From Vicinamibacterales bacterium (GTDB taxonomy: Bacteria; Acidobacteriota; Vicinamibacteria; Vicinamibacterales; SCN-69-37): DNA of 64,000 nt. Positions within the stretch are counted from its first letter, which is position 1. Each line of letters opens with the position of its first letter. The position numbers and the translations under genes are program-made. The notes beneath the pieces are model-generated. The model was not told where the DNA came from, searched no databases, and saw only the letters and a program-made list of their open reading frames with translations. Positions 63,227-64,000 of this stretch are shown piece by piece. The stretch lies in contig JBBQDM010000018.1 of NCBI GenBank assembly GCA_038319675.1, positions 17,839 through 81,838 on the forward strand, read 5' to 3'.

Positions 63227-63303
63227 TGGTGCGCCCGGGAGGATTCGAACCTCCGACCTACGGGTTCGAAGCCCGGCGCTCTATCCAGCTGAGCTACGGG
63301 CGC
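63227..63303 (-). tRNA. tRNA-Arg (anticodon TCG)
   Basis: GCGCCCGTAGCTCAGCTGGATAGAGCGCCGGGCTTCGAACCCGTAGGTCGGAGGTTCGAATCCTCCCGGGCGCACCA; C27:U43 mismatch. Confidence 0.93.
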
Positions 63304-63443
63304 ACAAGACGACTATCGTAACGTACGCCATTCACCGTTGGCTAGCCCTCTCACCAACCGAAAATCATTCCGACTCCTGTCCCCATCTGTGGAAAACCTG
63401 TGGAAAGGGGGACTGACCCCCTCCCTTTTCCCTTTACCTTTAC

Positions 63444-63459
63444 TTTAGTTGTAACTAAA
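63444..63459. promoter_or_regulatory. Putative ArsR autoregulatory operator
   Basis: AT-rich palindrome TTTAGTT-GT-AACTAAA 10 nt before the ATG, overlapping TAAATT. Confidence 0.6.
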
Positions 63460-63469
63460 TTAGCTTGGC

Positions 63470-63814
63470 ATGCTGCTGAACGCCCTTGCATCGCCCCGAC
63501 GCCGGGAAATCCTCCGGCTCATCTGGGACGAAGAACGCTCCGCCGGCGACATCCGACGCGCCATGCCCGACGTGACCTTTGGCGCCGTGTCACTCCAACT
63601 CAAAACTCTGGCCCAGGCGGGACTCGTCGAGACTCGACGCGACAGACAGTTCCGCTACTATCGCGCTCGACGCGCCGCCCTCGGACCGATGGCCCAACAC
63701 CTCGAAGCGATGTGGGCCGACGCACTCTGGAAATTGAAACTCGCCGCCGAACTCGAAGAATCCCGCCGCGGCCCGCGCCCCGAACGCCGGCGCCGCGGCA
63801 AGAGGAAGGACTGA
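63470..63814 (+). CDS. ArsR/SmtB family transcriptional regulator
   Basis: ALASPRRREILRL, AVSLQLKTLAQAGLV, RYYR. Confidence 0.9.
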   Translation: MLLNALASPRRREILRLIWDEERSAGDIRRAMPDVTFGAVSLQLKTLAQAGLVETRRDRQFRYYRARRAALGPMAQHLEAMWADALWKLKLAAELEESRRGPRPERRRRGKRKD

Positions 63815-63820
63815 CCACCC

Positions 63821-64000
63821 ATGCCCGCAGAGACACACCGACTCGACCGCTCCGTCTTCATCCACGCAAAGCCCGACACCGTCTTCGGCTTCTTCCAGGA
63901 CACCGCCCGCTGGGCCTCGTGGTGGGGCGCCGGATCCACCATCGATCCGAAAGTCGGTGGGAGAGTCTACGTGCGCTATCCAGGCAACGTCGAAGCCTCC
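63821..64000 (+). CDS. SRPBCC/AHA1-like domain protein, truncated at window end
   Basis: MPAETHRLDRSVFIHAKPDTVFGFFQD..RWASWWG..IDPKVGG; usual partner of ArsR. Confidence 0.8.
   Translation, partial: MPAETHRLDRSVFIHAKPDTVFGFFQDTARWASWWGAGSTIDPKVGGRVYVRYPGNVEAS

Noticed and set aside
505-63303. Similar tRNA-Arg sequences near both ends of the window as att sites of a 63-kb island
   Set aside because: All are complete tRNAs with different anticodons, there is no integrase, and the enclosed genes include ordinary chromosomal functions
63388-63407. Two DnaA-box-like 9-mers (TGTGGAAAA, TGTGGAAAG) suggesting oriC
   Set aside because: Only two imperfect boxes, no extended AT-rich unwinding element, no dnaA/dnaN nearby; could at most be a regulatory site
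1-64000. CRISPR array or cas genes
   Set aside because: No run of 23-47 bp direct repeats with unique spacers; the repeats present are 7-9 bp tandems or inverted pairs

Overview
GC-rich, densely coding bacterial chromosome segment. The gene content (two acidobacterial-type VWA proteins, a carboxypeptidase-regulatory-repeat protein, three ECF sigma factors, a VPS10-like propeller) suggests Acidobacteriota, possibly Vicinamibacterales; this is inference. Main blocks: (1) tRNA-Arg/His region with an ECF/anti-sigma/Spy-like triplet. (2) A phosphorus-free lipid locus at 8.8-15.2 kb: btaA-btaB, a PHP-fold metallo-hydrolase and two GT4 glycosyltransferases, with Pho-box-like 11-bp-period repeats at all three promoters. 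(3) Divergent Ku/LigD NHEJ pair plus gluQ. (4) A membrane ORF ending in RPPP ahead of a TonB-dependent receptor. (5) A ~18-kb N2O-respiration/NO-stress region at 25.7-44 kb. Its tightly coupled minus-strand operon runs: GltD/DsrL-like NAD(P)H flavo-Fe-S oxidoreductase - Rieske - cytochrome b - pentaheme cytochrome c - clade II nosZ - nosB-like - nosD - nosF - nosL - nosY. It is flanked by a Crp/Fnr regulator, two RIC/hemerythrin proteins, an orphan histidine kinase, an atypical radical SAM enzyme, a cupin and a nitronate monooxygenase, and two palindromic operator types sit at class-II activator spacing. (6) MacB-like permeases, SigZ, secreted proteins, a PHP/PolX-like protein, an S9 peptidase, three more tRNAs (including Arg-UCG) and an ArsR/SRPBCC pair. 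Short tandem and palindromic repeats are frequent and some lie in frame inside proteins. No CRISPR array, rRNA, integrase or transposase was seen. The best candidate for an undescribed system is the NosZ-dedicated Rieske/cytochrome b complex carrying its own NAD(P)H oxidoreductase. All calls come from reading motifs by eye; no database searches were run.
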